A DNA stretch of 64,000 nt from an uncultured Chloroflexia bacterium. Its GTDB lineage: Bacteria > Chloroflexota > Limnocylindria > QHBO01. The position numbers were made by a program, and so were the translations under genes. Positions within the stretch are counted from its first letter, which is position 1, and every line of letters begins with the position of its first letter. A model generated the notes under the pieces. That model did not search any database, was not told the origin of the DNA, and was given only the letters and a program-made list of their open reading frames with translations. Positions 22,400-33,446 of the stretch are shown piece by piece. The stretch is from NCBI GenBank assembly GCA_963806695.1, contig CAWDYT010000002.1:3968-67967 (forward strand). The letters run 5' to 3'.

Positions 22400-23557
22400 A
22401 TGCGCCTGCTGCGCGAGCTCTCCCGCCGAAAGCTGCGGACGACCCTCACGATCCTGGGCATCACGATCGGGATCTGGGCACTCGTCGTCTTCAGCTCGAT
22501 GGCAAACAAGATCAATGCCCTCGTCGAGGGCGGAAGCCAGTACTACGCCAACAAGATCCTCGTCACCGACGGATCCGCCTTCGGCACGGCACCGATGAGC
22601 CTCGAGTCGGCGAACTCGATTCGCGAACTCGACGGCGTGGCCGCCGTCGATGCGCAGATCCAGCTGCTCTTCGACGAAGAAGCTGGCATGTCGTTCGGCA
22701 TCCCGGACCTGATCATCGGCGCCGTCCCCGGTGCAGATCAGGGGCTCGAGGAGTTCAAGCTCGAGCTGGCTTCTGGGCGAATGCTCACACCAGAGGACGA
22801 CGGCAGGGTCGTCGTACTCGGCTCCACGCTGGCAACGGCGCGCGGTGTCGCTGCCGGCGACACGATCGAGATCCGAGGGCGTGAGTTCGAGGTAATCGGA
22901 ACGCTGCAGCCGACTCTGACAGCGCCCGACAGCACGGCCCTCGTCCCGCTCAGCGCAGCGCAGGAGATGTTTATCGAGTCACTTCCACCGCTCATCACCG
23001 ACTCGGTCGAACCAGGCGAGCTCGTCAACCAGGTGGTGGTGTATCCCGAACCCGGTGCTGACGTCGACGAGGTGGCTACACGGATCGAGGGTGCCGTCGC
23101 GAACAGCGCGACCCTGACTGGCGCCGAGTTCGACGAGCAGGTCGGTGCATCCACGGCCATCTTCAACGCGATCATTATCGGCGTCGCGGTCATCAGCCTG
23201 GTGGTCGGCGGCCTGTCGGTGATCAACACCATGGCGATGAGCGTCGCCGAGCGCACTCGTGAGATCGGCATCAAGCGCGCAATTGGCGGCTCGCGTGGCC
23301 GCATCATCCGGGCGCTGGTCGCAGAGGCAGGGCTGATCGGATTGATCGGCGGCCTGATCGGCCTCGGCCTGGGGGCGCTGGTGGTCGTGCTGGCCAACGA
23401 GGCCGGACGCGCCGGCGGCACCGTTCTGTTCGACCTGACGCCCGAGACGGCGATCTTCGCGGTCGGCTTCTCCACGATCCTCGGCATGCTCGCCGGGATC
23501 ATCCCCGCCTGGAGCGCAGCCCGGCTCGATCCGGTCACCGCGCTGCGATACGAGTAG
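22400..23557 (+). CDS. MacB/FtsX-like ABC transporter permease
   Basis: RTTLTILGITIG, SVAERTREIGIKRAIG, AARLDPVTALRYE. Confidence 0.92.
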   Translation: MRLLRELSRRKLRTTLTILGITIGIWALVVFSSMANKINALVEGGSQYYANKILVTDGSAFGTAPMSLESANSIRELDGVAAVDAQIQLLFDEEAGMSFGIPDLIIGAVPGADQGLEEFKLELASGRMLTPEDDGRVVVLGSTLATARGVAAGDTIEIRGREFEVIGTLQPTLTAPDSTALVPLSAAQEMFIESLPPLITDSVEPGELVNQVVVYPEPGADVDEVATRIEGAVANSATLTGAEFDEQVGASTAIFNAIIIGVAVISLVVGGLSVINTMAMSVAERTREIGIKRAIGGSRGRIIRALVAEAGLIGLIGGLIGLGLGALVVVLANEAGRAGGTVLFDLTPETAIFAVGFSTILGMLAGIIPAWSAARLDPVTALRYE

Positions 23558-23570
23558 GAGCGAACGAACC

Positions 23571-24293
23571 ATGGCGCTTCTTGAAGGCCGCAACCTGCGA
23601 AAGACATACCGCCTCGGGCGGCGAAACACAGTGGAGGCGCTCCGCGGCGTCGACATCGCCATCCAGGCCGGTGAAATGGTCGCAATCATGGGTCCCTCGG
23701 GTTCTGGTAAGAGCACCCTCATGCACCTCCTGGGCCTCCTTCACTCCCCGGACCGCAACCACGGGCCGGCAGCGGAGGTCCTGATCGACGGGCAGTCCGT
23801 CGCGAACCTGACCGATCGGGCACGCACGCAGATGCGGGCCAAGACGATGGGCTTCGTCTTCCAGTCTTTCAACCTGGTGCCGACGCTCACGGCACTGGAG
23901 AACGTCGCGCTTGCCGGCGAGTACGCCGGTGTATCGCGACGCAGCGCCACCGCGGCCGCGCGAGAGGCGCTGGCCTGGGTGGGGCTTTCCGAGCGGGCCG
24001 ACCATCGACCGATGGAGCTGTCCGGCGGCGAGCAGCAGCGCGTTGCCATCGCCCGCAGCTTGGTGAACGAGCCGGCGCTCGTGCTGGCCGACGAGCCGAC
24101 CGGCAACCTCGACTCGGGTCACTCCCACGAGGTGCTCGAGCTTCTGCGCCGATTCAACCGGGAGCGCGGCCAGACCGTGGTGCTCGTCACGCATGACGCC
24201 GAGGTCGGTGCGTTCTGCGACCGGATCATCCGGATGCGGGACGGGATTGTCGTCGTCGACGAGCCGGGTATGCCCGAGGCAGCCGCTGCGTAG
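23571..24293 (+). CDS. ABC transporter ATP-binding protein (LolD/MacB type)
   Basis: GPSGSGKST, LSGGEQQRV, LADEPTGNLD, VTHD. Confidence 0.93.
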   Translation: MALLEGRNLRKTYRLGRRNTVEALRGVDIAIQAGEMVAIMGPSGSGKSTLMHLLGLLHSPDRNHGPAAEVLIDGQSVANLTDRARTQMRAKTMGFVFQSFNLVPTLTALENVALAGEYAGVSRRSATAAAREALAWVGLSERADHRPMELSGGEQQRVAIARSLVNEPALVLADEPTGNLDSGHSHEVLELLRRFNRERGQTVVLVTHDAEVGAFCDRIIRMRDGIVVVDEPGMPEAAAA

Positions 24294-24370
24294 GCGCGAT
24301 TCGGCCGGAGTGACTCAAGCCTGGAACGTGATCCGCTGCGGCCCTACGCGATCTCGTCGCCGAGGAGACG

Positions 24371-24705
24371 ATGAACTTTGCGCTCGTCGCGCTCTTCAAC
24401 ATCCTGTTCGCCGGAGTGACGTTCATCCTCTACGGCCCGGCGGTCGCTTCGAGCAACGTCTACCCGCGCTGGCTTGGATGGCCGGTCGTGTTGGCCGGCA
24501 TCGGCTCGATCGCCGTGGGCGTGTCCAGGCGCAGGCCGGCGAGTCGACCGGCATCAGCCGAGTGGCATCGATCGTGTTCCCGACGATCATCACCGTGTGG
24601 GTGGCCGCGCTCGGCGTGCTCCTTCTTCGTCGAGCTCCCGGGCTTGACTCGAGTTTCATCGACGCCGGATCCGTCCCGCATGCGCATCGCGTCACGCCAT
24701 CCTGA
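24371..24705 (+). pseudogene. Membrane protein fragment (DUF4386-like C-terminal part), frameshifted
   Basis: YPRWLGW motif and TM helices with no N-terminal part. Confidence 0.4.
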
Positions 24706-24978
24706 CGAAGCTCGGCTCGGGACAACGTCGGAGCTCGTCGCACTTTCCGGGAGCCGAGCAGACCAGGTAGCCATCACAAAGGCGGCGGGGGATCGAGCTC
24801 CGCGGCAGCGATGCGGGATGGGGAAGCGCAGTCAAGGCCCGAGGCCTCGCTACCCGCAAGCCACGCCCGGATGAGGATCGGCCTGAGCCGACCCGAAGCC
24901 AGGCCGTAGCCCCGGTGTTACCGATGAATCCCGCGTCGATCATCGGTCCTTCTCTCGAACACTGCGTCGAGGTGAGCC

Positions 24979-25785
24979 ATGCCCATCGTGGAATCCCGAG
25001 ATGGAACTTCCATCGGCTACACACGCGTCGGGGAGGGACCGCCCGTCATCCTCGTCGATCCAGCGGGCGGCTTTCGCGGCCTTGGGCTGCTGACGCCGCT
25101 GGCCGAGCAGCTCGCGACCGACCTCACGGCGATCACGTACGACCGGCGCGGCCGCGGCAAGAGTGGCGACACGTTGCCGTACGCCGTCGAGCGCGAGGTC
25201 GAGGATCTGGCCGCAATCATCGACCTTGCCGGTGGCTCGGCGTGCGTCTACGGCTTCTCGTCGGGCGCGGTCCTGGCGCTCTGGGCGGCCGCCGACGGCC
25301 TGCCAATCGAACGGCTCGCCGTGCTCGAGCCACCGCTCGCGTTCGAACCGGAGCCCGAGGACGAGAAGCTCGGCGACGAGGTGGCCGAGCTCGTCGCAGC
25401 GGGGCGGCGGGGCGACGCCTTCATGCACTTCAATCGCACGATCGGCGTGCCCGAGGAATACCTCGAGGGCATGCGCGACGCGCCGTGGTGGCCGGCGGCC
25501 GAGGGCCTCGCCCATACGCTCGTCTACGACACCCGCATCTCGGCCGGCTTCGACGTTAGGCGGCTTGCGTCGATCACGACGCCGACGCTTGTTGTGGCCA
25601 GCACCGCCAGCGACCAGCGCCTCCACCGCTGGGCAGCCGCTGCAGCCGATGCGCTGCCCAACGGCGCGCATCGCACGCTGGAGGGCGAGTGGCACGGCGT
25701 CGCTGCCGAGATCCTGGCCCCGGTGATGCGAGACTTCTACCTCGCAGATCGACCATCGCTCAGAGCTACGCGCGTGACGACCTAG
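24979..25785 (+). CDS. Alpha/beta hydrolase
   Basis: SRDGTSI, YDRRGRGKSGD, GFSSGA nucleophile elbow. Confidence 0.9.
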   Translation: MPIVESRDGTSIGYTRVGEGPPVILVDPAGGFRGLGLLTPLAEQLATDLTAITYDRRGRGKSGDTLPYAVEREVEDLAAIIDLAGGSACVYGFSSGAVLALWAAADGLPIERLAVLEPPLAFEPEPEDEKLGDEVAELVAAGRRGDAFMHFNRTIGVPEEYLEGMRDAPWWPAAEGLAHTLVYDTRISAGFDVRRLASITTPTLVVASTASDQRLHRWAAAAADALPNGAHRTLEGEWHGVAAEILAPVMRDFYLADRPSLRATRVTT

Positions 25786-25974
25786 GGGACCACTGCGAGG
25801 CCGAAGGCGGGGACGTTACCTGCTGTGTTTCCGGTCGTCCAGCTCGACCGCTACTCCGTCGCGTGCCCCGCTATTGCCCCGGGTTTCCCTTAGGCTCACA
25901 GAGGCGCCTGGCGCCGCCCATTCAACCCTCTGCTCATCTGCGCCGTAACCGCGGCGCGGACCCGCACATGAAGC

Positions 25975-26032
25975 TTGACACGCCGCCACTATTCAGTGTT
26001 ACTATGCACCAGTAGTCGGTAACGCTGAGTAG
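25975..26032 (+). promoter_or_regulatory. Sigma70-like promoter with overlapping inverted repeat (probable PadR operator)
   Basis: TTGACA 25975-80, TGnTACTAT 25997-26005; IR ctattcagtgttac (25989-26002) / gtaacgctgagtag (26019-26032). Confidence 0.6.
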
Positions 26033-26047
26033 TCGAGGTGGTGATCC

Positions 26048-26377
26048 GTGGGCGGGCAGATGACGGAGATGCTCAAGGGGACGCTGGAGGGCATCGTCCT
26101 CGCGACCCTGGGCGTGCGGCCCGCCTACGGCTACGAGATCACGGCATGGCTGCGGGAGCAGGGCTTCTCCGACATCGCCGAGGGCACCGTCTACGCGCTG
26201 CTCATCCGGATCGAGCAGCACGGCCTCGTCGACGTGGAGAAGGTCCCATCCGAGAAGGGGCCGCCGCGCAAGGTGTACTCGCTCAACGCCCAGGGACAGG
26301 AATACCTCGACGAGTTCTGGAGAACGTGGAGCTTCCTCGCTGAACGGCTCGAACAGCTCCATGAAGGAGGCAGATGA
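26048..26377 (+). CDS. PadR family transcriptional regulator
   Basis: MLKGTLEGIVL, YGYEI, EGTVYALL, GPPRKVYSL. Confidence 0.93.
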   Translation: MGGQMTEMLKGTLEGIVLATLGVRPAYGYEITAWLREQGFSDIAEGTVYALLIRIEQHGLVDVEKVPSEKGPPRKVYSLNAQGQEYLDEFWRTWSFLAERLEQLHEGGR

Positions 26378-26746
26378 CCGTGTTCATCTCGAAGCTGATC
26401 GGCGGCAAGCGACGCTGGTGGGCCGTACCAGGCGCGCGTCAAGGCGCTCCCGGAGCCGTATCGCTCGGCGGTCGATGCGATCGAGCGCTACCTCATGTCC
26501 TTCGGTCGTGGAGACGGCACCGGATGGGCGGAGCAGCTCGAGGACCTCGCCGACCTGTTCGAGCAGGCCGCGGCGGACGGGACACCGATCCGCGAGATCG
26601 TGGGGGAGGACCCCGAGGAGTTCGTCGAGGTGTTCGTCCAGAACTACCCGGAGGGGCAGTGGGTCGTCCGCGAGCAGGAACGGTTGAGGAACACCATCGC
26701 GCGTGCCGCCGGTGAAGGCACCAGGAACGACGAGAGGGCCGTCTGA
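26374..26746 (+). CDS. DUF1048 family protein (frameshift)
   Basis: DLFEQAAADGTPIREIVGEDPEEF. Confidence 0.8.
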
Positions 26747-27107
26747 TGACCATGCTCTCTCGAAGTTCATCTCAAAGGTGATCGGCCCCAAGCAGGGGTG
26801 GCGGGAGTACAAGGCGCGCGCGCGACAACTTCCCGCGAGCTATCGCACCGCGCTCGATGCGCTGGAGCGGTACCTGAACTACTTGGGACCAGGCGGCGAC
26901 GGGGGTGCGATCCTCGCGGACCTCATCGACCTGTTCGAGCAGAGCGCGGCGAACGGAACCCCGATCCGCGAGGTCGTCGGGGAGGACCCGGTGGCGTTCA
27001 TCGAGGCATTCATTCAGAACTACCCGGAGGGGCACTGGAGAGCCCCGGAGCGGGAACGATTCATCAACGCCATCGAGCGCATCGAGCAAGAAGAGGAGAA
27101 CCGATGA
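26746..27107 (+). CDS. DUF1048 family protein, tandem paralog
   Basis: WREYKARARQLP...DLFEQSAANGTPIREVVGEDP. Confidence 0.8.
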
Positions 27108-27896
27108 CAACCACGCAGGTCCAAGGGCCCGCGATCCACGTGCAGGGCCTGGAGAAGTCGTACAAGGAGCTGCACGTGCTGCGCGGCGTGGACTTCGACA
27201 TCGCGCGGGGCAGCATCTTCGCCCTGCTCGGCTCGAACGGGGCGGGCAAGACCACGGTCGTGAACGTCCTGTCCACGCTGCTCAAGGCCGACGCGGGGAC
27301 GGCCAGCGTCAACGGCTTCGATGTCGCCAGCGAGGCTGCGGACGTGCGGGAGTCCATCAGCCTCACCGGACAGTTCGCGGCCGTCGACGAGATCCTCAGC
27401 GGGCGGGAGAACCTCGTGCTGATCGCCCGGCTGCGGCACCTCAAGGACCCGGGCACGGATCGCGGATGACCTGCTCGCTCGCTTCGAGCTGACCGACGCG
27501 GCCGCGCGGAGGGTGTCGACGTATTCGGGCGGCATGCGCCGCCGCCTCGACATCGCGATGAGCCTCATCGGGAATCCGCCGGTCATCTTCCTCGACGAGC
27601 CGACGACCGGGCTCGACCCCCAGGGGCGCATCGAGGTGTGGCAGGCCGTCAAGGAGCTCGCCGAGCACGGCACGACGGTGCTGCTCACGACGCAGCATCT
27701 CGAGGAGGCCGAACAGCTCGCCGACCGGATCGCGATCCTTCACGAGGGTCGAATCATCGTGAACGGCACCCTCGCCGAACTCAAGCAGCTGCTCCCGCCC
27801 GCCAAGGTCGAATACGTCGAGAAGCAGCCGACCCTCGAGGACGTCTTCTTCGCCATCGTCGGCGACAGCGGCCAGGGCACGGCGACGCGGCGATGA
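27104..27896 (+). CDS. DrrA-like ABC exporter ATP-binding protein (frameshift ~27460)
   Basis: GSNGAGKTT, YSGGMRRRLD, FLDEPTTGLDP. Confidence 0.9.
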
Positions 27897-27930
27897 CCGC
27901 AACAACGGCACGGGCAGGTAAGGAACAACG

Positions 27931-28696
27931 ATGAACACGTACTTCTTCGGCGACACCGCCGTCCTGCTGGGACGATCCCTGAAGCACGTCACGCGCAGCG
28001 TGGACACCATCATCACGACCGCGATCATGCCGGTCGCCATCATGCTGCTGTTCGTCTACGTGTTCGGCGGCGCGATCAACACAGGGTCGGATTCGTATGT
28101 GACCTACCTGCTGCCCGGCATCCTGCTCATCACGATTGCTTCGGGCGTCTCCTACACCGCATTCCGGCTCTTCGTGGACATGCAGAGCGGCATCTTCGAG
28201 CGCTTCCAGTCGATGCCGATCGCACGGTCGGGCGTGCTGTGGGCGCACGTGCTGACCTCGCTGGTCGCCATGCTTCGTCTCGCTCGCGCTCGTCGTGCTC
28301 GTCGCCGTCCTCATGGGCTTCCGCTCACCGGCGGGAGTGCCGGCATGGCTCGCGGTCGCCGGCATCCTGTTCCTGTTCACCCTGGCGTTGACGTGGATCG
28401 CTGTGATCGCCGGTCTCTCCGCGAAGTCGGTGGAAGGCGCGGGCGCGTTCGCCTACCTGCTCATCTTCCTGCCGTTCATCAGCTCGGCATTCGTGCCCAC
28501 CGATACCATGCCCGGCCCGGTGCGCGCCTTCGCCGAGAACCAGCCGGTGACGTCGATCGTCAACGCGATCCGCGACCTGTTCACACAGCAGCCGGTCGGC
28601 ACCGACATCTGGATCGCCCTCGCCTGGTGCGTCGGCATCCTCGTCGTCGCGTACGTCTTCGCGATGGTCACCTACCGCCGCAGGATCGCCGCGTAG
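27931..28696 (+). CDS. ABC-2 type exporter permease (frameshift ~28275)
   Basis: LLFVYVFGGAI, GIFERFQSMPI, SSAFVPTDTMP, ENQPVT. Confidence 0.9.
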
Positions 28697-28762
28697 GCGC
28701 CGAGCGGGCGTGGGTGGGGGAGCGATCCGCCCGGAGATCGCATCTGAACCAGCGCTCGCCGC

Positions 28763-28919
28763 GCGCTATGGCACAATGCGGAACGAGTTATCCGCTCTGT
28801 TTGAGCGTGAGCTTGCGCCCGTAGCTCAGTGGATCAGAGCAGCTGACTTCGGACTATCCCGGCCGATGCGGTGTAGCCCGAGCGTGGGAGGGCGAGCGTC
28901 GAGCGTCGAGTTATCTGCT
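28763..28919 (+). repeat. Junction J1: tRNA upstream flank + tRNA-Arg 5' half (28815-28853) + conserved arm
   Basis: 39-nt exact match to 43118-43156, then ctatcccggccgatgcggtgtagcccgagcg...gagttatctgct. Confidence 0.95.
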
Positions 28920-29024
28920 GTCTCTGTTGGCGAGAGGTGCAGGCTGGCGGGAGCCTACAGCCGGCACGCCTCGGCGCCGATCCGTTCGCCACGGGATCCC
29001 GCCCTGATTCGCGCCGGATCGGCG

Positions 29025-29264
29025 ATGGTCCCCGACGTCGGCCGCTTCTCGTCCACGCACCATGACTGGTACCGCGCCACGCTGACCAGGCTGTTCGACC
29101 TGCTGGCGCAGGGCACGATCAAGCCCGTCGTGGCCGAGCGGCTGCCGCTCGCCGAGGCGCGCCGGGCACACGAGCTGCTCGAGGCCGGTGGCATCGGCGG
29201 GGAGATCGTCCTCGTCACCGAGGGAGGATCGGTGCTTCGGAATAGCGGCGGCGACTCCACATAG
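29025..29264 (+). pseudogene. 3' fragment of a zinc-type alcohol dehydrogenase / quinone oxidoreductase
   Basis: LFDLLAQGTIKPVVAERLPLAEARRAHELLEAGGIGGEIVLV (MDR C-terminus) with no N-terminus. Confidence 0.7.
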
Positions 29265-29447
29265 CGAAGCCCCGTCGACGTGACATCGAACGCCTGGCGG
29301 GGCCGCAAACCAGCCTGGAGGAGCGGCACTTGCATGCCGTCCGCTCCGGACCGCACCGCTCCCGGTCCCGCCGGAATTCGAGATTCGCGATTCGCTAATC
29401 TCCTGATCGACCTATCGATTGGAATCGGCTTCAGAAGTGCGAGGCAT

Positions 29448-30083
29448 ATGAAGCTCCTCGTCCTTGGCGCAACCGGCGACATTGGCTCGGCGGTCGTGCG
29501 CGCTGCGCTCGCGAACGGCCACGAAGTAGTCGCGTTCGTCCGCTCGCCCGACAAGCTCGGCGAGCTGCGCGACGCCGTCCGCGTCGTCCAGGGCGATCTG
29601 GCCGATGCCGAGGCCATATCTGCGGCCGTGGCAGGACATCACGCGGTCATCAGCGCCGTTGGCTCAAGTCCCGACAAGTCCCAGCTGGACGTTCCCGCGA
29701 ACGCCACGCGACACGTGGTCGCCGCGATGAAGGCCGCCGGTGTCCGGCGGCTGGTCGGGCTAGCCGGCGGAGCCGTCGACGTGCCCGGCGAGAGGAAACC
29801 GATGAGTGGTCGGATCACGACGGCTTTCGTGCGGCTGATGGCCCGGAACGTCGTGGAGGCGAAGCAACGCGAGTTCGAAGTAGTTCGCGCCAGCGGCCTG
29901 GACTGGACAATGGTTCGTCCTCCTCGCGTCGTCCCAGGCGAGCCAACTGGAAGGGTGGATATCGGCGACAAGCTCCACGGATTCCAAGTCGCGAGCGGCG
30001 ATGTCGGTCAGGCAATGGTCTCGTTAGCGACCGGGAATGATTGGCTGCACATGGCGCCCTACGTTTCGGAGCGACGCAGCTAG
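29448..30083 (+). CDS. NAD(P)H-binding oxidoreductase (flavin reductase / BLVRB-like)
   Basis: MKLLVLGATGDIG, LDWTMVRPP. Confidence 0.88.
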   Translation: MKLLVLGATGDIGSAVVRAALANGHEVVAFVRSPDKLGELRDAVRVVQGDLADAEAISAAVAGHHAVISAVGSSPDKSQLDVPANATRHVVAAMKAAGVRRLVGLAGGAVDVPGERKPMSGRITTAFVRLMARNVVEAKQREFEVVRASGLDWTMVRPPRVVPGEPTGRVDIGDKLHGFQVASGDVGQAMVSLATGNDWLHMAPYVSERRS

Positions 30084-30170
30084 ACGCGAAGCGGCTTGGC
30101 CGAACGCCGGCTTGTAGGCCTCGGTGAGAGACAGGGGCCCACAAGGCGGGCGCCAGGGGTGGCACAACGC

Positions 30171-31447
30171 TTACCGCGGACTGGGTGCACTCAGCAGCCG
30201 GATCAGCTCGTAGACGGCGACAGGCTGCGACTTCCCTTTCAGGCCAGGCGACCCCAGCGGTCGAACGACCGCCTGCTCCCGAATGTGGTCGTAGGTGCTG
30301 GCACCGATTACGACGCTCCCTTCGGCGGCGTAGGTTTGCAGGCGCGCCGCTACGTTGGTCGTGTCTCCAATGGCGGCGAAGTTGCGCATTTCGGCACCGC
30401 CGATATTGCCCACCAGTGCTGGGCCGCTGTTGAGGCCGACCCGAAAGTGAGGGCGCGTGCCCCGTCGGGCAGCTCACCCACGGCTTGCTGCATCGCCAGG
30501 GCCGCGCGTGCTGCCCGCAAGGCGTGGTCCGGCTGAGGGTGGGGAGCGTTGAATATGGCCATGAGAGCGTCGCCCATGAACTGCACCACCGTGCCACCCT
30601 CCGTGAAGACGATCGGTACCACCACCCCGAACGCAGCATTCAGCATCGCCACAACCTCGGTGGGCGCTCGGCGTTCGGCGAAGGCCGTATATCCGCGCAG
30701 GTCGGCGAACAGGACCGTCACGTCGACCTCCTCGCCGCCCAGCGCCGCGCGTCGCGGATCCTCGATCAATGCGCTCGCCACCGCCGGCGATAGGTACCGG
30801 TGGAGCAGCTGGTCGACCTGATCACGGAGCGCGCTTACGAGCCGGCCCTGTGCGAAGGCAGCACGTTGCGACAGTTCCAGCGACATCCGCCCACGCAAGC
30901 GGCCACCACCGCGAGGGCGAGGATGAGGACCTGCAGGGGCAATTGCGACGCCAGCCCAAGCGCCAGGGCGAAGACCACGAACAGCACGCAATAGGCACTG
31001 CCCATCACGACCGCGCCGGTGAAGGGGTGCCGCGTGATCGAGAAGCCGAACACGGCGGTGACCATGACGCCGGGTAGCGCGTACACGGCGAAGGTGCTCG
31101 GTGACAGCCGCTAACGCGAGCACCGCGATGCCGGCCGCGAGCTGTTGCCCCATGCCAATCGCGTCGCGCCGGCGCTGGGTCGTCGCCCACCGGCTCACGC
31201 CTGCACTTGCGAACAGCAAGATGATCATGAGGCCCGAGATCAGCCAGGTTTGGCCCGGCGCAACGTCGAGCACCGGAGGCCCGATGAGGGCCACCAGCAC
31301 CCAGGCTCCGACAGCGACGAGACTTGTGGTGCGGAGGCGCCGCACCCCCTCCGCGTGATCCGCGTGCTGGTACGACTCCTCCAGATCCCGGTCCAAGAAG
31401 CGCAGCGTCCAACGGTCGCGCCGGTCCCAGCCAGCGGGAAAGATCAC
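30171..31447 (-). CDS. Membrane class III adenylate/guanylate cyclase (frameshifts)
   Basis: TVLFADLRGYT, QFMGDALMAIF, GDTTNVAARLQ, LKGKSQPVAVY; N-terminal TMs. Confidence 0.85.
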
Positions 31448-31650
31448 GGCGTCAGTCTATGGCGTCACCCCTGTTCTTAGGGACTCAGGAGGCAGCGCAC
31501 GTAACCCACCTCCCGATCGCATTCACGGTGGGTTCCCCCGGTCCTTCGGGCCGTGCTAAGCGCCCTCGCGTGGATCGACGCCTCGCTCCGGCGCTGGAAA
31601 TCGGCATGGCGTGACGTGCGGCACTTTCCCAAACGGCCGGCCCCTGGTGA

Positions 31651-31730
31651 GCGCTGTGGCACACCGGCGAGCGGCTCTGTTGCTCCGCTCGAGCGTGAAC
31701 CGGCGCCGGTAGCTCAGTGGATCAGAGCAG
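31651..31730 (+). repeat. Junction J2: degenerate copy truncated before the anticodon loop, with no arm
   Basis: gcgctgtggcaca...ccgctcgagcgtgaacc-ggcgccggtagctcagtggatcagagcag, then unrelated sequence. Confidence 0.8.
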
Positions 31731-31915
31731 GTGCGCCCAAGAGTCCCGTCGCAGCTTGAGCAACATCCGGACACACCGGCCTCTTGCGATCGGTCTCTGC
31801 CCATCGCGCGCTGCGATCGATGCCAGAGCACCGACACTTGTCGCAGTTTCGAGTCGCCTCTGAGCCGCAAACAGAGAACCACTCAGACTTCGGCATTGCC
31901 GCTACAGTGCGCGCC

Positions 31916-33028
31916 GTGGCGTACGAAACGGTTGATTGTGTCGTGGTCGGTGCTGGAGTCGTCGGCCTGGCGGTGGCGCGGGCGCTGGCGATGGCCGGGC
32001 GGGAGGTGATCGTACTTGAAGCCCACGAGACCATCGGCACCGAGACGTCATCCCGCAACAGCGAAATAGTGCACGCCGGCATCTACTACCCCAAGGCCAG
32101 CAACATGGCGCGGCTCTGCGTTCAGGGTCGGCGCATGCTGTATCGGTACTGCGACGACCGCGGCGTGCCCTACAACAAGTGCGGCAAGCTGATCGTCGCT
32201 ACGACAGAGCCCGAATCCGAGACGCTCGTCTCGATCAAAGCACGCGCCGAGGCGAATGGCGTGGAGGGCATGCGCCTCCTCGATGCCGCCGACGCGACGG
32301 CGATCGAGCCGGAGCTCAGTTGCACGGGCGCCTTGCTATCGCCGGCCACCGGCATCGTCGACAGCCATCGCCTCATGGTAGCGATGCGCACCGACGCCGA
32401 GGACGCCGGCACGATCATCGCCTTTCACAGCCCGATGGAGCGCGGTCGCGTCGCCGACGGGGGCCTCGAGATCGACGTCGGCGGCGGGGCTCCGATCACT
32501 TTGCGCGCGCGCCTGCTGGTGAACAGCGCAGGGCTGCGTGCGCCCGAGCTGGCACGCCGGATCGACGGCGCCATCTACGACACCCTCCCGACGGCCTACT
32601 ACGCCAGGGGCAACTACTTCCGTTTGAGCGGTGCATCGCCCTTCTCGAGGCTGATCTACCCGGTGCCGGTGCCCGGCGGCTTGGGGGTGCACATCACGGT
32701 CGATCTCGGTGGCCAGGCGCGGTTCGGCCCCGACGTCGAATGGATCGACGAGATCGACTACGCCGTCGACCCCTCGCGCGGCGACGGATTCTACGCTGCG
32801 GTGCGCCGGTACTGGCCGGGCCTGAAGGACGGTGCACTGCACCCCGACTTTTCCGGCATCCGGCCGAAGATCGTGCCACCAGGTGCGCCGGCGCAGGACT
32901 TCACCTTCCACGGTCCCAGGAGGCATCACATCCCGGGCCTGATTCATCTCTTCGGCATCGAGTCGCCGGGCCTCACCGCGTCTTTGGCGATCGGCGAGCA
33001 TGTGCTAGCGATGACACGCGCGTCATGA
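31916..33028 (+). CDS. L-2-hydroxyglutarate oxidase family FAD-dependent oxidoreductase
   Basis: [50 protein letters not shown]. Confidence 0.88.
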   Translation: MAYETVDCVVVGAGVVGLAVARALAMAGREVIVLEAHETIGTETSSRNSEIVHAGIYYPKASNMARLCVQGRRMLYRYCDDRGVPYNKCGKLIVATTEPESETLVSIKARAEANGVEGMRLLDAADATAIEPELSCTGALLSPATGIVDSHRLMVAMRTDAEDAGTIIAFHSPMERGRVADGGLEIDVGGGAPITLRARLLVNSAGLRAPELARRIDGAIYDTLPTAYYARGNYFRLSGASPFSRLIYPVPVPGGLGVHITVDLGGQARFGPDVEWIDEIDYAVDPSRGDGFYAAVRRYWPGLKDGALHPDFSGIRPKIVPPGAPAQDFTFHGPRRHHIPGLIHLFGIESPGLTASLAIGEHVLAMTRAS

Positions 33029-33207
33029 CGGGCCGCGGCCGGCAGCGGTCCCGGCCTCGTCGATGACCGCTGGCCGTGCGGGACCGGTTGGCCATGGGCC
33101 CGTCGGCGCTGGGCGATCGATGGTCGGGTTTCCGGTACAGCTCATCAATCGGTCTCAATCGGTACCATGCGTCCGATTGGCCTACTGGCATGGTCCGGGG
33201 GCGCCCC

Positions 33208-33364
33208 GCGTTGTCGCACAATGCCGTACGGGTTATCCGCTCTGTTGAGCGTGAATTCGCGCCCGTGGCTCAGTGGATCAAAGCAGCTGACTTCGGACTA
33301 TATCGGCGCGATGCGCTGTAGCCCGAGCGTGGGCGGGGGAGCGTAGAGCGTCGAGTTATCCGCT
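33208..33364 (+). repeat. Junction J3 (tRNA half 33259-33297, 2 substitutions)
   Basis: gcgcccgtggctcagtggatcaaagcagctgacttcgga + ctatatcggcgcgatgcgctgtagcccgagcgtgggcgggggagcgtagagcgtcgagttatccgct. Confidence 0.93.
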
Positions 33365-33446
33365 CCGTTCCATCCGCCTATCAGTCGTTGCCTGGTTTCC
33401 CGCGGTGAAAGGCCATGAGTAGAACCTCTCGCCCACGGGCGATTAA

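Noticed and set aside
28710-28919. ORFs reading through the junctions (…APVAQWIRAADFGLSRPMRCSPS…) as a repeated protein or split integrase
   Set aside because: This is simply the translation of the tRNA half and arm. There is no consistent start, RBS or continuation between copies.
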